32,000 nt of DNA, taken from NCBI RefSeq assembly GCF_000354175.2, contig NC_022349.1:2580001-2612000 (forward strand), written 5' to 3'. Below, one piece after another: positions 1-8,387 of the stretch. This stretch comes from Vibrio alginolyticus NBRC 15630 = ATCC 17749 (GTDB lineage Bacteria; Pseudomonadota; Gammaproteobacteria; Enterobacterales; Vibrionaceae). A program made the translations under genes and the position numbers. Below the pieces are notes generated by a model. The model was not told the DNA's origin and made no database searches. It saw nothing but the letters and a program-made list of their open reading frames with translations. Each line of letters starts with the position of its first letter. The first letter of the stretch is position 1.

Positions 1-488
1 TTGCCGAAACCTTGCGTGCCCTTCGAAACTACGGTTCACATGTTAAATACCAGAATCTTTATCAAGGATTGAACAGTCGTTTGGATGAAATTCAGTCGGC
101 GATGTTGTCAGTGAAACTGAACTACCTTCCAGCGCAGACGAAAGCGCGTCAGGAGCTGGCGGCATTTTACTTACGCGAAATCAACAACCCGAATATTATC
201 TTGCCGGAAGTGACAGAGCCTGAGGCACATGTATGGCATTTGTTTGTGGTGCGAACTTCACACCGAGATGCATTGGTTAAGCATTTATCAGAGCATGGTA
301 TTCAAACACAAGTACATTACCCGATAGCGCCGCATAAACAGCAGGCTTATAAAGAGTTTGGTCATCTGTCATTAGCGTTGACTGAGCAGTTACAAAATGA
401 GGTGCTGTCATTGCCAATGTCGTCCTACTTGAGTGAAGACGAGAGTCAAGAAGTAGTCGATGCAATCAACTCTTTTAAGGTTGAGTAA
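1..488 (+). CDS. DegT/DnrJ/EryC1/StrS-family PLP-dependent sugar aminotransferase, C-terminal ~160 aa only (5' end outside window)
   Basis: The frame is open to the window edge, so the TTG at 12 is not a real start. The translation ([28 protein letters not shown]) fits the C-terminal domain pattern of nucleotide-sugar aminotransferases. The stop overlaps the next start (TAATG at 486-490). Confidence 0.85.
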   Translation, partial: AETLRALRNYGSHVKYQNLYQGLNSRLDEIQSAMLSVKLNYLPAQTKARQELAAFYLREINNPNIILPEVTEPEAHVWHLFVVRTSHRDALVKHLSEHGIQTQVHYPIAPHKQQAYKEFGHLSLALTEQLQNEVLSLPMSSYLSEDESQEVVDAINSFKVE

Positions 489-1420
489 TGACACAAGAGC
501 ATGTGCAAGTATTAGAAGACGTGGTTTATGTCTTCTTTTGTTATAAACAATCTCGTTATCTTGAGAAAACATTGCCAGCGGCATTGAACCAGACCGTGTG
601 GCCAAGCCAATTATTGATCTTGGATGACTGTTCACCTGATGATAGTCATAAAATAATTCTATCGCTTTTAGAGTTTGCGCCTAAAGGATTAAATATTGAA
701 TATCGCCACAATAAGCAAAATGTTGGTTTAGTTAGCCAAATCAACTCCTTGCGGGGGCAATACCAAAATAAGCTTATTATTGTACAAGCTGGCGATGATA
801 TAGCGATGCCGAGCCGAGTTGAGGAAACTTATGAAGCCTGGTTGAAAAATGGCAAACCAAGCTTAATTATTGGTGGTTACGACAAAATTTCTGAGCAAGG
901 CGATGTTATTGAGTCATTCGAATCGATTAAGCAAAATAAAAAGCCGTACACACTCGAAAATATTATTAATAGAAAGTGTGCAGTAGATGGTTGTTGCGCC
1001 GCTTTTACCTCTGATGTACTGAACGAGTTTGCTCCTTACAACAAAGACATCATCAATGAAGATCGCATCAATGTCCTTCGAGCCTTTTTGTTAAATGGTA
1101 TTCATCATGAAAACAAAAAATGGATCCAATATCGATTGGGTGGCATATCAACGTTCGCAAAAGAAACACGTGAAGAAAGGTATGACAACACAGTAATTAA
1201 TGCTCAGCGTGAACTGCAAGATCTTAAAATGAACTTGCGAGATGCAGAGAGTAAAAACGCCACTAAAGTTGTGAGTGCGATTAAAAAGCGTATGTGTACC
1301 GCTGAGTTTATGGCATCACTTTCACAATCAAAGTCTGCTTTGTACAGCGAAGCGATTTGTTATTTTGTTAAAACGCTGGATTATCGAACGGTTTTAAAAG
1401 TTTTGCGTAGGTTAAGATGA
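488..1420 (+). CDS. Family 2 glycosyltransferase
   Basis: 310 aa. The N-terminal GT-A signature is VVYVFFCYKQSRYLEKTLPAALNQT...LLILDDCSPDDS, followed by a later GDD acidic motif. It is translationally coupled on both sides (TAATG upstream, ATGA at 1417-1420). Confidence 0.8.
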   Translation: MTQEHVQVLEDVVYVFFCYKQSRYLEKTLPAALNQTVWPSQLLILDDCSPDDSHKIILSLLEFAPKGLNIEYRHNKQNVGLVSQINSLRGQYQNKLIIVQAGDDIAMPSRVEETYEAWLKNGKPSLIIGGYDKISEQGDVIESFESIKQNKKPYTLENIINRKCAVDGCCAAFTSDVLNEFAPYNKDIINEDRINVLRAFLLNGIHHENKKWIQYRLGGISTFAKETREERYDNTVINAQRELQDLKMNLRDAESKNATKVVSAIKKRMCTAEFMASLSQSKSALYSEAICYFVKTLDYRTVLKVLRRLR

Positions 1421-2280
1421 ATAAAATTAAAAATATAAAGCAATCGATAAGTATGAAGAGGCATTTTTCTTCAACTTTCCGTTCATTCAAAAAGCGAAGC
1501 GATAAAAGCACTGATTCACCTAAAGACTTTTATCGTACACATGAGAAATGTACGGTTTTAGGTAATGGACCATCCTTAAAGTCAGATATTAATAGTATTG
1601 GTACAGATAGTGATGTGATTGCTGTTAATCATTTCTCAGAGTCTGAGCATTTTACGGCGTTGAAACCTAATAAATATATTTTAATTGATAGCTATTTCTG
1701 GGATGAAACCACCCATAGCTCTCTGGTGGAAAAAAGAGATAAATTGTTTAAAGATCTAAATGAACTTGTGTCTTGGGAAATGCAATTGATTATTCCTGAC
1801 TTTGCTGACAGAGAGTTCATTCAAGGCAATATCAAAAACAGCAACATAGCGATAAAAGTGCTGCGAGCAATTCCTAGTAATGTAACTAATATTAAATATG
1901 GCCCAATGGCACTATCTTCTGGTATCGTCGCACCTCCAGCTGTCAATGTGCTTATCTTTGCTGTGTATGTAGCAATTCTATGTGAATATGATTCAGTGGA
2001 AATATTTGGAGCGGATATGAGCTTCCATAATGATGTCCATGTTGATCAAGAGAGCAACCAGCTTTATATGGTCTACAAGCATTTCTATGGAAAAGAAGAG
2101 AAGTTGCCGCTCCTAGAAAATCCTCAAAAGGTCAAACCTTTTAATATGACGGACTTGATGCGATTAACTTTCTTGACGTTTTATGCACATCAACTGTTAA
2201 ATAAATGGGCCGATCTCAAAGGGGTAAAAATCGTGAATAGGTCTAGTTTCTCTATGATCGATGCTTATCCTAGACGATGA
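1417..2280 (+). CDS. Putative ulosonic-acid (sialyl-type) transferase, GT42 / DUF115 (MptE-like) fold candidate
   Basis: 287 aa. VLGNGPSLKSDINSIGTDSDVIAVNHF resembles the AGNGPSLKEIDY...DVFRCNQF N-terminus of Campylobacter Cst-type sialyltransferases and Maf/DUF115 proteins. A later VEIFGADMSFH resembles the GIDFY region. The assignment rests on motif recall only. Confidence 0.5.
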   Translation: MNKIKNIKQSISMKRHFSSTFRSFKKRSDKSTDSPKDFYRTHEKCTVLGNGPSLKSDINSIGTDSDVIAVNHFSESEHFTALKPNKYILIDSYFWDETTHSSLVEKRDKLFKDLNELVSWEMQLIIPDFADREFIQGNIKNSNIAIKVLRAIPSNVTNIKYGPMALSSGIVAPPAVNVLIFAVYVAILCEYDSVEIFGADMSFHNDVHVDQESNQLYMVYKHFYGKEEKLPLLENPQKVKPFNMTDLMRLTFLTFYAHQLLNKWADLKGVKIVNRSSFSMIDAYPRR

Positions 2281-2287
2281 AATGACA

Positions 2288-2323
2288 GGTAAATAGACGC
2301 TACAATTGTAATGTCTATTTACC
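2288..2323. terminator. Long hairpin between convergent genes (candidate bidirectional terminator)
   Basis: GGTAAATAGAC (2288-2298) pairs perfectly with GTCTATTTACC (2313-2323). The loop holds the self-complementary TACAATTGTA. It lies in the 48-bp gap between the stops of the + operon and the - cassette. The flanking T/A runs are weak. Confidence 0.5.
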
Positions 2324-2328
2324 GATGA

Positions 2329-3018
2329 TCATTTATTTTTCTGTAACCACATAGATTCAGCGAAAGTAAAGTCCTCTGGCCAATCTATATCAATTGAGCT
2401 CTCTGCATCCTGTATGTACATCGAAGGCTTTAGTCCAATTCGATCATTTAGCTTTTTGTAGTTTTCTACACTATTTAAAAAGACTGAGCTATCGATTTCA
2501 TAAAGAGGTTCAATTGTCTGAGTTCTAGGCCATTTTTCTATATTACGATCGTAGCTAATTGGCTTATCTTTATTCCAAATAAACCCACGTAGTTCTTTGA
2601 CCGTCATTAATGAATCATAACCTTCCGTGAGTGCTTGATTATACTGTTTGATAATAGCGCTATAACCTGACTCGTCTAAGAATGGTGAGGTTACATGAGT
2701 CCAAAGTACGTGACCCGTAGTAATAATCGAAGGAACATATCTAATAAGATCATCAGTGCTTGTTGAACTTGCCCCTAGGTGCTCTGGGCGTTCATCTATT
2801 CGTATGCGAGAATCTTTATATGTTGAAGCAAAATCCAGTACAAAGTCATCGTTTGAAGATACGACTATCGAATCTAGGTCAGTTATATTGATTAACTGAT
2901 CCAGTTTGATTTTTAATAACCCACCTTTTACACCTGCAAAGTCTTTGGTATTTTTGTTTGGGATACGTTCACTGCCTTTCCGGCATGGTAGAAAAACATG
3001 GACACTCATGCTTACCAA
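2329..3018 (-). CDS. CMP-sugar-acid synthetase family cytidylyltransferase (acylneuraminate / CMP-Kdo synthetase-like, CTP_transf_3)
   Basis: 229 aa. The N-terminal motif VFLPCRKGSERIPNKNTKDFAG matches the (A/C)R.GSK(R/G)(I/L)P.KN signature of NeuA/KdsB/legionaminate cytidylyltransferases. It overlaps the upstream HAD gene by 7 nt. Confidence 0.8.
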   Translation of the reverse strand: MVSMSVHVFLPCRKGSERIPNKNTKDFAGVKGGLLKIKLDQLINITDLDSIVVSSNDDFVLDFASTYKDSRIRIDERPEHLGASSTSTDDLIRYVPSIITTGHVLWTHVTSPFLDESGYSAIIKQYNQALTEGYDSLMTVKELRGFIWNKDKPISYDRNIEKWPRTQTIEPLYEIDSSVFLNSVENYKKLNDRIGLKPSMYIQDAESSIDIDWPEDFTFAESMWLQKNK

Positions 3019-3647
3019 CTCCTTAGAATATTGAAACCTTCACTTTTTGATAAGCTTTCAAGCTCTTCTTTTACATTTGAAAAAGGAAGATAGCCAAGAA
3101 AATCAATATTATTCTCTTTGGCTGCGTGAAAGTCTGATAATGCGTCACCGATCATTAGAGCCGCGCCTGAAGACTCCTTTAGGATGGTTGCAACGTTATC
3201 TGCTTTCGCGGTAGGTGATCCTAGAATTAACGTAAAATATTGCGCCAGCTCTCTTTTAACAAATACTTCTCGTAATTCGTCTTGAGCAGATCCACTCGCT
3301 ACATAGAGTTTGGCTGGGCAACCTGTAATTGCTGCAATAAAATTAGGCGTCAGTTGAGCTTCCATGTATAGCTCTTCACACTGCTTTGAGTAGCAGTTTA
3401 GTATACGTTCGTACAATGCTTCATCTGCATTTGTGATGAAATGTTCAACAAAGTAACTCACATGATGAAAACGCGATTTGCCAAAATTAGCTTTAAAATA
3501 AGTGCAACACTTATCTATTTCGAGCTCTGATACTTGGGCCATGCGTAAAGCATTACGCATGGCATCAATTTTGAGGTTATTTGAGTCTAGGATCACGCCA
3601 TCGCAGTCAAAAATAACAGTATCATAGCCATTAAATAGCGGGTGCAT
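3012..3647 (-). CDS. HAD-superfamily phosphatase (subfamily IA-like)
   Basis: 211 aa. HAD motif I is VIFDCDGVILDS and the C-terminal motif is MIGDALSDFHAA. It overlaps both neighbours (17 nt and 7 nt). Confidence 0.8.
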   Translation of the reverse strand: MHPLFNGYDTVIFDCDGVILDSNNLKIDAMRNALRMAQVSELEIDKCCTYFKANFGKSRFHHVSYFVEHFITNADEALYERILNCYSKQCEELYMEAQLTPNFIAAITGCPAKLYVASGSAQDELREVFVKRELAQYFTLILGSPTAKADNVATILKESSGAALMIGDALSDFHAAKENNIDFLGYLPFSNVKEELESLSKSEGFNILRSW

Positions 3648-5241
3648 AAATAGACCCTGCTTTTACTGGATAAGTGGTTGGGGTTAACGCTTGAATTGAT
3701 GTACTTCCAAACTGCTGACTAACCATGCTAAAGATCTCATTCATTTCCATTTGGCGTCGGTCAGTCACATCATAACCATCAAAACCAACGAGAGATATCT
3801 TCTGCGCTTGACCTATAAAAGCGATACATAACGCATATGCAGCGGTATTATCATACGGTAGTGTACAGTAGTTTTTATGGGCGGTGAGAGTATCCTTCTC
3901 TATGGTGCTACTGTAATCAATCATAGAAATATTACTAAATTTACTTAGCTCGTCTTCGTCAAAGCGGTTCTTTGGCAAAAATACGGGTTTGGCTACCTCT
4001 GAGTAATGGCTGCTTTCTGACAAGTATTTAGAGTTATGAGATACAGCAAAGTAATCGAAAAGCTCAGTGTTAATCTCATGCTTTGTATTGATGCCAATTA
4101 CGATAGGCTTTCGAGTCTTAATGTATGTCTCGATCGCGACTCTATGTGTTGCAGCATTAGGCGTATTAGTGACCAGTAAAATTTCTTTTCCTGAAAAGAT
4201 CCCTGATAGGTCTGATTGGCTTTCAGTTGGTTGGCTTATTTTCCCTACAGTAAGCGCTTCTTCTAAGACATCACCATTATAGCTTGTCGTACCTTCTAGC
4301 TTTTTTAAATGCTCGATAGCACCAACAATTTCTTCTGTTCCGTAATTAGGATTAGAAAGCATATTCTGAATATAAGTTGGGTGAATATCGTTTTTGGCTC
4401 CCAAGTAATATAGAAGGCTTGAGCCCCAACCGTATCTTCTTTGCATTGGCTCAAAATGGCGAATAACTAGTTCATATATTGCTGTTGGCAAGTATTTATC
4501 TAGTCCATCAAGTTCGGCGAGCAGGTTTTCGGTCTGGGCGTTCCCAGCGCCTCGTCCCATTCCGGTAACGGTCACATCCAACCATGTAACACCATTCGAA
4601 CGAGCTGTCATCGTATTAGACATTGCTTGACCCATGTTGTTATGGGTGTGGATGCCAATGTCGCCATCCCAGTTTTGCTTTACAATTTCGGCAATGCGAG
4701 TGACTTCTGCACTATCCATATTACCGAGAGAGTCAGCAAAATAGATGACGTCAGGGTTTGCTTTTGCTACCGCCTGTACTTTTTCCGCTATAACCACGGA
4801 TGGTTTTCCGCCCGCTTGCATCAGATTTAAGCCAACGATATACCCCATTTCTTTGAAAGCTTTAATCATGCTTTCACACTGCTCTGCTTCATTGAAATGT
4901 GCCGCGATACGAACGAGATCAACTTTACTTTCTTGTGCTGGTACAAAAAGATCATTGATGGCAGCGACAACAGGTTTACCCGCATCTAGCAAAGTTTTTG
5001 CGTCAACCATTACGCCGTATGTCGGACCTTTCGGTAGGTGTAGCGTGTTTAGAAACTCTTCAGTCGTATAAGCAAATGGACCACTGTAAACAGACTTAGG
5101 ATAGTTACGAAGCCCTAACTCAACATAATCAATTTTAGCTTTTGCAACTGCTGTGAGGTAAGCGTCAACGACTTCTGGTGAAAAGTCCCAGTGGTTATAG
5201 TAGCCACCATCGCGAAGAGTACAGTCTAAAATTTTTTGCAT
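3631..5241 (-). CDS. DRE-TIM metallolyase (HMGL-like / DmpG-type pyruvate aldolase) domain fused to an uncharacterised ~200-aa C-terminal domain
   Basis: 536 aa. The N-terminus MQKILDCTLRDGGYY and the metal-binding HTHNNMG are hallmarks of 4-hydroxy-2-oxovalerate aldolase and HMG-CoA-lyase-like enzymes. Residues ~340-536 form an additional domain ending in the ISLVGFDGYD motif. Confidence 0.75.
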   Translation of the reverse strand: MQKILDCTLRDGGYYNHWDFSPEVVDAYLTAVAKAKIDYVELGLRNYPKSVYSGPFAYTTEEFLNTLHLPKGPTYGVMVDAKTLLDAGKPVVAAINDLFVPAQESKVDLVRIAAHFNEAEQCESMIKAFKEMGYIVGLNLMQAGGKPSVVIAEKVQAVAKANPDVIYFADSLGNMDSAEVTRIAEIVKQNWDGDIGIHTHNNMGQAMSNTMTARSNGVTWLDVTVTGMGRGAGNAQTENLLAELDGLDKYLPTAIYELVIRHFEPMQRRYGWGSSLLYYLGAKNDIHPTYIQNMLSNPNYGTEEIVGAIEHLKKLEGTTSYNGDVLEEALTVGKISQPTESQSDLSGIFSGKEILLVTNTPNAATHRVAIETYIKTRKPIVIGINTKHEINTELFDYFAVSHNSKYLSESSHYSEVAKPVFLPKNRFDEDELSKFSNISMIDYSSTIEKDTLTAHKNYCTLPYDNTAAYALCIAFIGQAQKISLVGFDGYDVTDRRQMEMNEIFSMVSQQFGSTSIQALTPTTYPVKAGSIYAPAI

Positions 5242-5344
5242 AATGGATATTCTTTTTAAGTTAAACAGGTAAAGTGCTTAGTACAGTAAAACATACAAGC
5301 TTAATAGTAAAAGTGAGGTATTTATCAAACTAATTATTAAGTTA

Positions 5345-6619
5345 TTACTTATCACTTTGGGGGAGTAAGCTCATTGTTCGGTTTAGAGCGCCTTGATTGG
5401 ATGAGGCCCATTTATTAGCATGCAAAGCTCGGAGTAAATATTTATCTTGTTGAGAAATGATCTCTGTAGTCCTTAGGGCAAGGGTCGTTGAGTCTGGCAC
5501 AATTAAGATACCATCCACAGCTAGTAAGTTTTCAACAATCTCCTTAAAGTTGAAATAGCTAGGGCCAGTGATTATGACTTTTTCTAACATGGCAGGCTCT
5601 AGCACATTGTGCCCACCAACCTTATCTCCAATTAGGCTTCCACCCATAAAGCAGATGTCCGCTGCGCCCATCAACGTTAGCATCTCACCCATTGTATCGC
5701 CGAGATATACTTGAGTATTCGTCTCTACTGCATGCGTTGAAGTACGACGCACAGTTTTAAATCCTTGCTGTTGGCAAAGCGTGAATACATCATCAAATCG
5801 TTCTGGATGGCGAGGAACCAAAACGAGTAAAGCATTTGGAAGAGATTTTAAAACTTGTCTATGTGCATCTAATACCTGTTCGTCCTCGCTTTTGTGGGTG
5901 CTAGCTGCAATCCAAATCGGACGATCGTTTCCAAGTTGGGCTCGAAGCTGCTGTCCTTGCTGTTTCACTTGCTCTGATATTTGAATATCGAACTTAATCG
6001 AGCCAGTAACGGATAGTTTCTTTTTCTCAACGCCTAAGCGTTCGAAGCGCTCTGCATCTGAATCCGTTTGGCAGAGTACTTGAGTTAGGCATGGATGAAG
6101 CTGGTTAAAAAGCCGCTGTATTTTGGCGTAGTTCTGACACGATTTTTCAGATAGGCGCGCATTTACGACAGTTATAGGGACACCCGCTTTGTGAACATTG
6201 TGAAGCGTGTTTGGCCACAGCTCAGTCTCAATGATCAACATCTGTTTTGGTTGCACTGCTTTAAGAAAACCTTTGATAGCAAACCCAAAGTCAATTGGCA
6301 TATAGCGGTGTTCAATTAAATCACCCAACTTAGCAATCTGTTCAGCTCCGGTACTTGTTGTTGTTGTAACTAGAATAGATTGTTCGGGGTTTTGTTCCTT
6401 AAGGGCTTTGATTAAAGGTGTTGCTGCTATGCTTTCACCAACAGATACGGCATGTATCCAAATAGGTTTGTCGTTGCTTTTTAGCTTGGGGGTTATGCCA
6501 AAATGCTCTTTCCAGCGAGAGCCGAACTTAGGCTTATTTGGTTTGCTCTTGTACAAACCAAATAAAAGCAGCGGTGACGCTAGGGCGAGTAGTAAGGTAT
6601 AAACAATACGAACTAACAT
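5345..6619 (-). CDS. waaA: 3-deoxy-D-manno-octulosonic acid (Kdo) transferase
   Basis: 424 aa. It has an N-terminal membrane anchor, the WIHAVSVGE motif, and a GT30-like C-terminal half (GGSL..KVGGHNVLEPA). It sits in an operon with waaF. Confidence 0.9.
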   Translation of the reverse strand: MLVRIVYTLLLALASPLLLFGLYKSKPNKPKFGSRWKEHFGITPKLKSNDKPIWIHAVSVGESIAATPLIKALKEQNPEQSILVTTTTSTGAEQIAKLGDLIEHRYMPIDFGFAIKGFLKAVQPKQMLIIETELWPNTLHNVHKAGVPITVVNARLSEKSCQNYAKIQRLFNQLHPCLTQVLCQTDSDAERFERLGVEKKKLSVTGSIKFDIQISEQVKQQGQQLRAQLGNDRPIWIAASTHKSEDEQVLDAHRQVLKSLPNALLVLVPRHPERFDDVFTLCQQQGFKTVRRTSTHAVETNTQVYLGDTMGEMLTLMGAADICFMGGSLIGDKVGGHNVLEPAMLEKVIITGPSYFNFKEIVENLLAVDGILIVPDSTTLALRTTEIISQQDKYLLRALHANKWASSNQGALNRTMSLLPQSDK

Positions 6620-7668
6620 GAGCTTATCGTAATGGCGTCAAGTTTTTGGATGCTATCTAGCACTTGCTTAGGCGAAAGTTCTGTCAAGCACTTAAGGTGT
6701 TTGTATTGACATTCACGCTGGAAACAAGGGCGACAATCAATATCGGTATGAACAATCTCCACTTTTTCTGCGAGTGGGGGGGTGTACTTCGGTGAAGTTG
6801 AGCCATACACGGCAACAACATTACAACCAACCGCAGCTGCCACATGCATTAAGCCTGAGTCATTCGCGACAACTGTCTTGCATGCAGCAAGTAGGTCGAC
6901 CGCTTCAATTAAGCTGGTTTGTCCTGCTAGAACATGAATGTTCTTATGGAATTGCGTCGGGACAAGTGCGCGAATATTGTTACAAGTCTCTAAGTCCTTT
7001 TGAGAACCAAACAACCAGATTTGATGCCCAGATCGAGCCATTTGCGTCGCAACTTCAGCGTAGTGTGTTTCGGGCCATTTTTTGGCAGGACCAAACTCTG
7101 CTCCTGGGCACAGTCCAATGGTTGGTTGGTCTTGCGTTAAGTTGAATTTTTGGATCGTGGCTTTTTGCTCTACTTCGTTGATTGCGAGGCGTGGGCGAGG
7201 TAAGGTTTCAAGCCCGCCAAGAGAGTTAGAATCCACCATTTCTGCTTTTGGATAAGCTAACGCTACATAGCGCTCTACCATGTACTGAAAAGACTTCATG
7301 TTAGGGCGTAAGTCATTCAATAAGCCATAGCGCATTTCTCCTTTCCAGCCAGTACGAAGAGGAATGTTGGCAAACCATGGGATCAGTGCTGATTTCGCTG
7401 ATTTAGGCAAGATATAGGCGTGGTCATATTGCTTTTCACGTAATGATTTACCAATTTCCCTGCGGCCTAATAAGTTAAACTCACCATGACCGATAGGCAT
7501 TTCAATCGCTTGGTGGATTTCTGGCATACGCTCAAGAATCGGTTTACACCATCCTGGAGCGATCACGTCAATTTGGCTATCTGGATGGCGTTGCTTTAAT
7601 ACGATATATAACGATTGCGACATTACCATATCGCCGACCCACGCAGGGCCAATGACTAAAATCTTCAT
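6613..7668 (-). CDS. waaF: ADP-heptose:LPS heptosyltransferase II
   Basis: 351 aa. MKILVIGPAWVGDMVMSQSLY, TGWKGEMRYGLLND, GLCPGAEFGPAKKWP and NDSGLMHVAAA align closely with E. coli RfaF as I recall it. Confidence 0.9.
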   Translation of the reverse strand: MKILVIGPAWVGDMVMSQSLYIVLKQRHPDSQIDVIAPGWCKPILERMPEIHQAIEMPIGHGEFNLLGRREIGKSLREKQYDHAYILPKSAKSALIPWFANIPLRTGWKGEMRYGLLNDLRPNMKSFQYMVERYVALAYPKAEMVDSNSLGGLETLPRPRLAINEVEQKATIQKFNLTQDQPTIGLCPGAEFGPAKKWPETHYAEVATQMARSGHQIWLFGSQKDLETCNNIRALVPTQFHKNIHVLAGQTSLIEAVDLLAACKTVVANDSGLMHVAAAVGCNVVAVYGSTSPKYTPPLAEKVEIVHTDIDCRPCFQRECQYKHLKCLTELSPKQVLDSIQKLDAITISSC

Positions 7669-8387
7669 GCTTTGTTTTTCCAGTATAGGAATTTCAAAAT
7701 TGACTCATAAGTTCTAAAAAGTTCAGCGTATATTTTATTCGCAAGAGTCATTTTGGATTTATCTTTTCTTTTACCACCAATCGTCGAAGCAATCTCTGCT
7801 CTAGTAAAGAGATCTGGAGACACGCTGTAAACTTGAACACCATGTCTCCATGGTTTTTCCATGTAGTCATCGACTGGTTCAATAAACTTTTGAGCATGCA
7901 TAACAAACTTTGAGGCTGCTTTAGGTGTGACAATATATGCGGTGGTACCACAAGTTCCAGCAGAGTAGCCCCCTAACATATGATTATCATCAATCGGTAC
8001 GATTGGGGTGAATGCACACTTCTGAGTGGCAGACAACTTGATATAGTCATAAGTAGAAGTCAATGGAACGGCATGTTCGAGTACTCGCTTCAGCCCTTCT
8101 ACGGGGTCGACGTTGTCTTCTAAGATGACGATCGGTTCATCAAGCTCAACACAGCGAACCCACAACTCGTAATGGCTTGCAAAGCAGGCGACTTCACTAG
8201 TTTTTAATTGATACCCTTTACGGCGTAGAGTAATGGTAGGACGACTTTTTTCTGAATGAAGAAAACGGTCAACAGAGCCATCTATTGCATCAAAAAATTC
8301 AAACGTAATGCCTTGTTGTTTTAACTTTTCTTCAATACGTTCTCGGCGATCCAGCGATCGAGCCAAGCTTACGACAAATACTTTCAC
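7665..8387 (-). CDS. Family 25 glycosyltransferase (LPS/LOS core glycosyltransferase, Lic2B/LgtB-like)
   Basis: 240 aa. MKVFVVSLARSLDRRERIEEKLKQQGITFEFFDAIDG is the typical GT25 N-terminus. It has 4-nt overlaps with both neighbours. Confidence 0.8.
   Translation of the reverse strand: MKVFVVSLARSLDRRERIEEKLKQQGITFEFFDAIDGSVDRFLHSEKSRPTITLRRKGYQLKTSEVACFASHYELWVRCVELDEPIVILEDNVDPVEGLKRVLEHAVPLTSTYDYIKLSATQKCAFTPIVPIDDNHMLGGYSAGTCGTTAYIVTPKAASKFVMHAQKFIEPVDDYMEKPWRHGVQVYSVSPDLFTRAEIASTIGGKRKDKSKMTLANKIYAELFRTYESILKFLYWKNKA

Noticed and set aside
4067-5071. Three + strand ORFs (71, 67 and 108 aa) in the six-frame track.
   Set aside because: They lie entirely antisense within the well-supported 536-aa aldolase gene, and their products are low-complexity and Cys/Ser/Ala-rich in the shadow-frame manner. 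I applied the same reasoning to the other embedded antisense ORFs. These are 277-465, 408-635, 5781-5984, 6408-6602, 6774-7145, 7748-7951, 8332-8598, 8514-8729, 8838-9029 and 9183-9413. They also include 10550-10822, 11713-11919, 13025-13207, 14392-14598, 15855-16082, 16164-16358, 16710-17117, 17277-17474, 17574-17873 and 19592-19897. The rest are 21342-21539, 28015-28359, 28182-28421, 29143-29463, 30488-30697 and 30736-30951.
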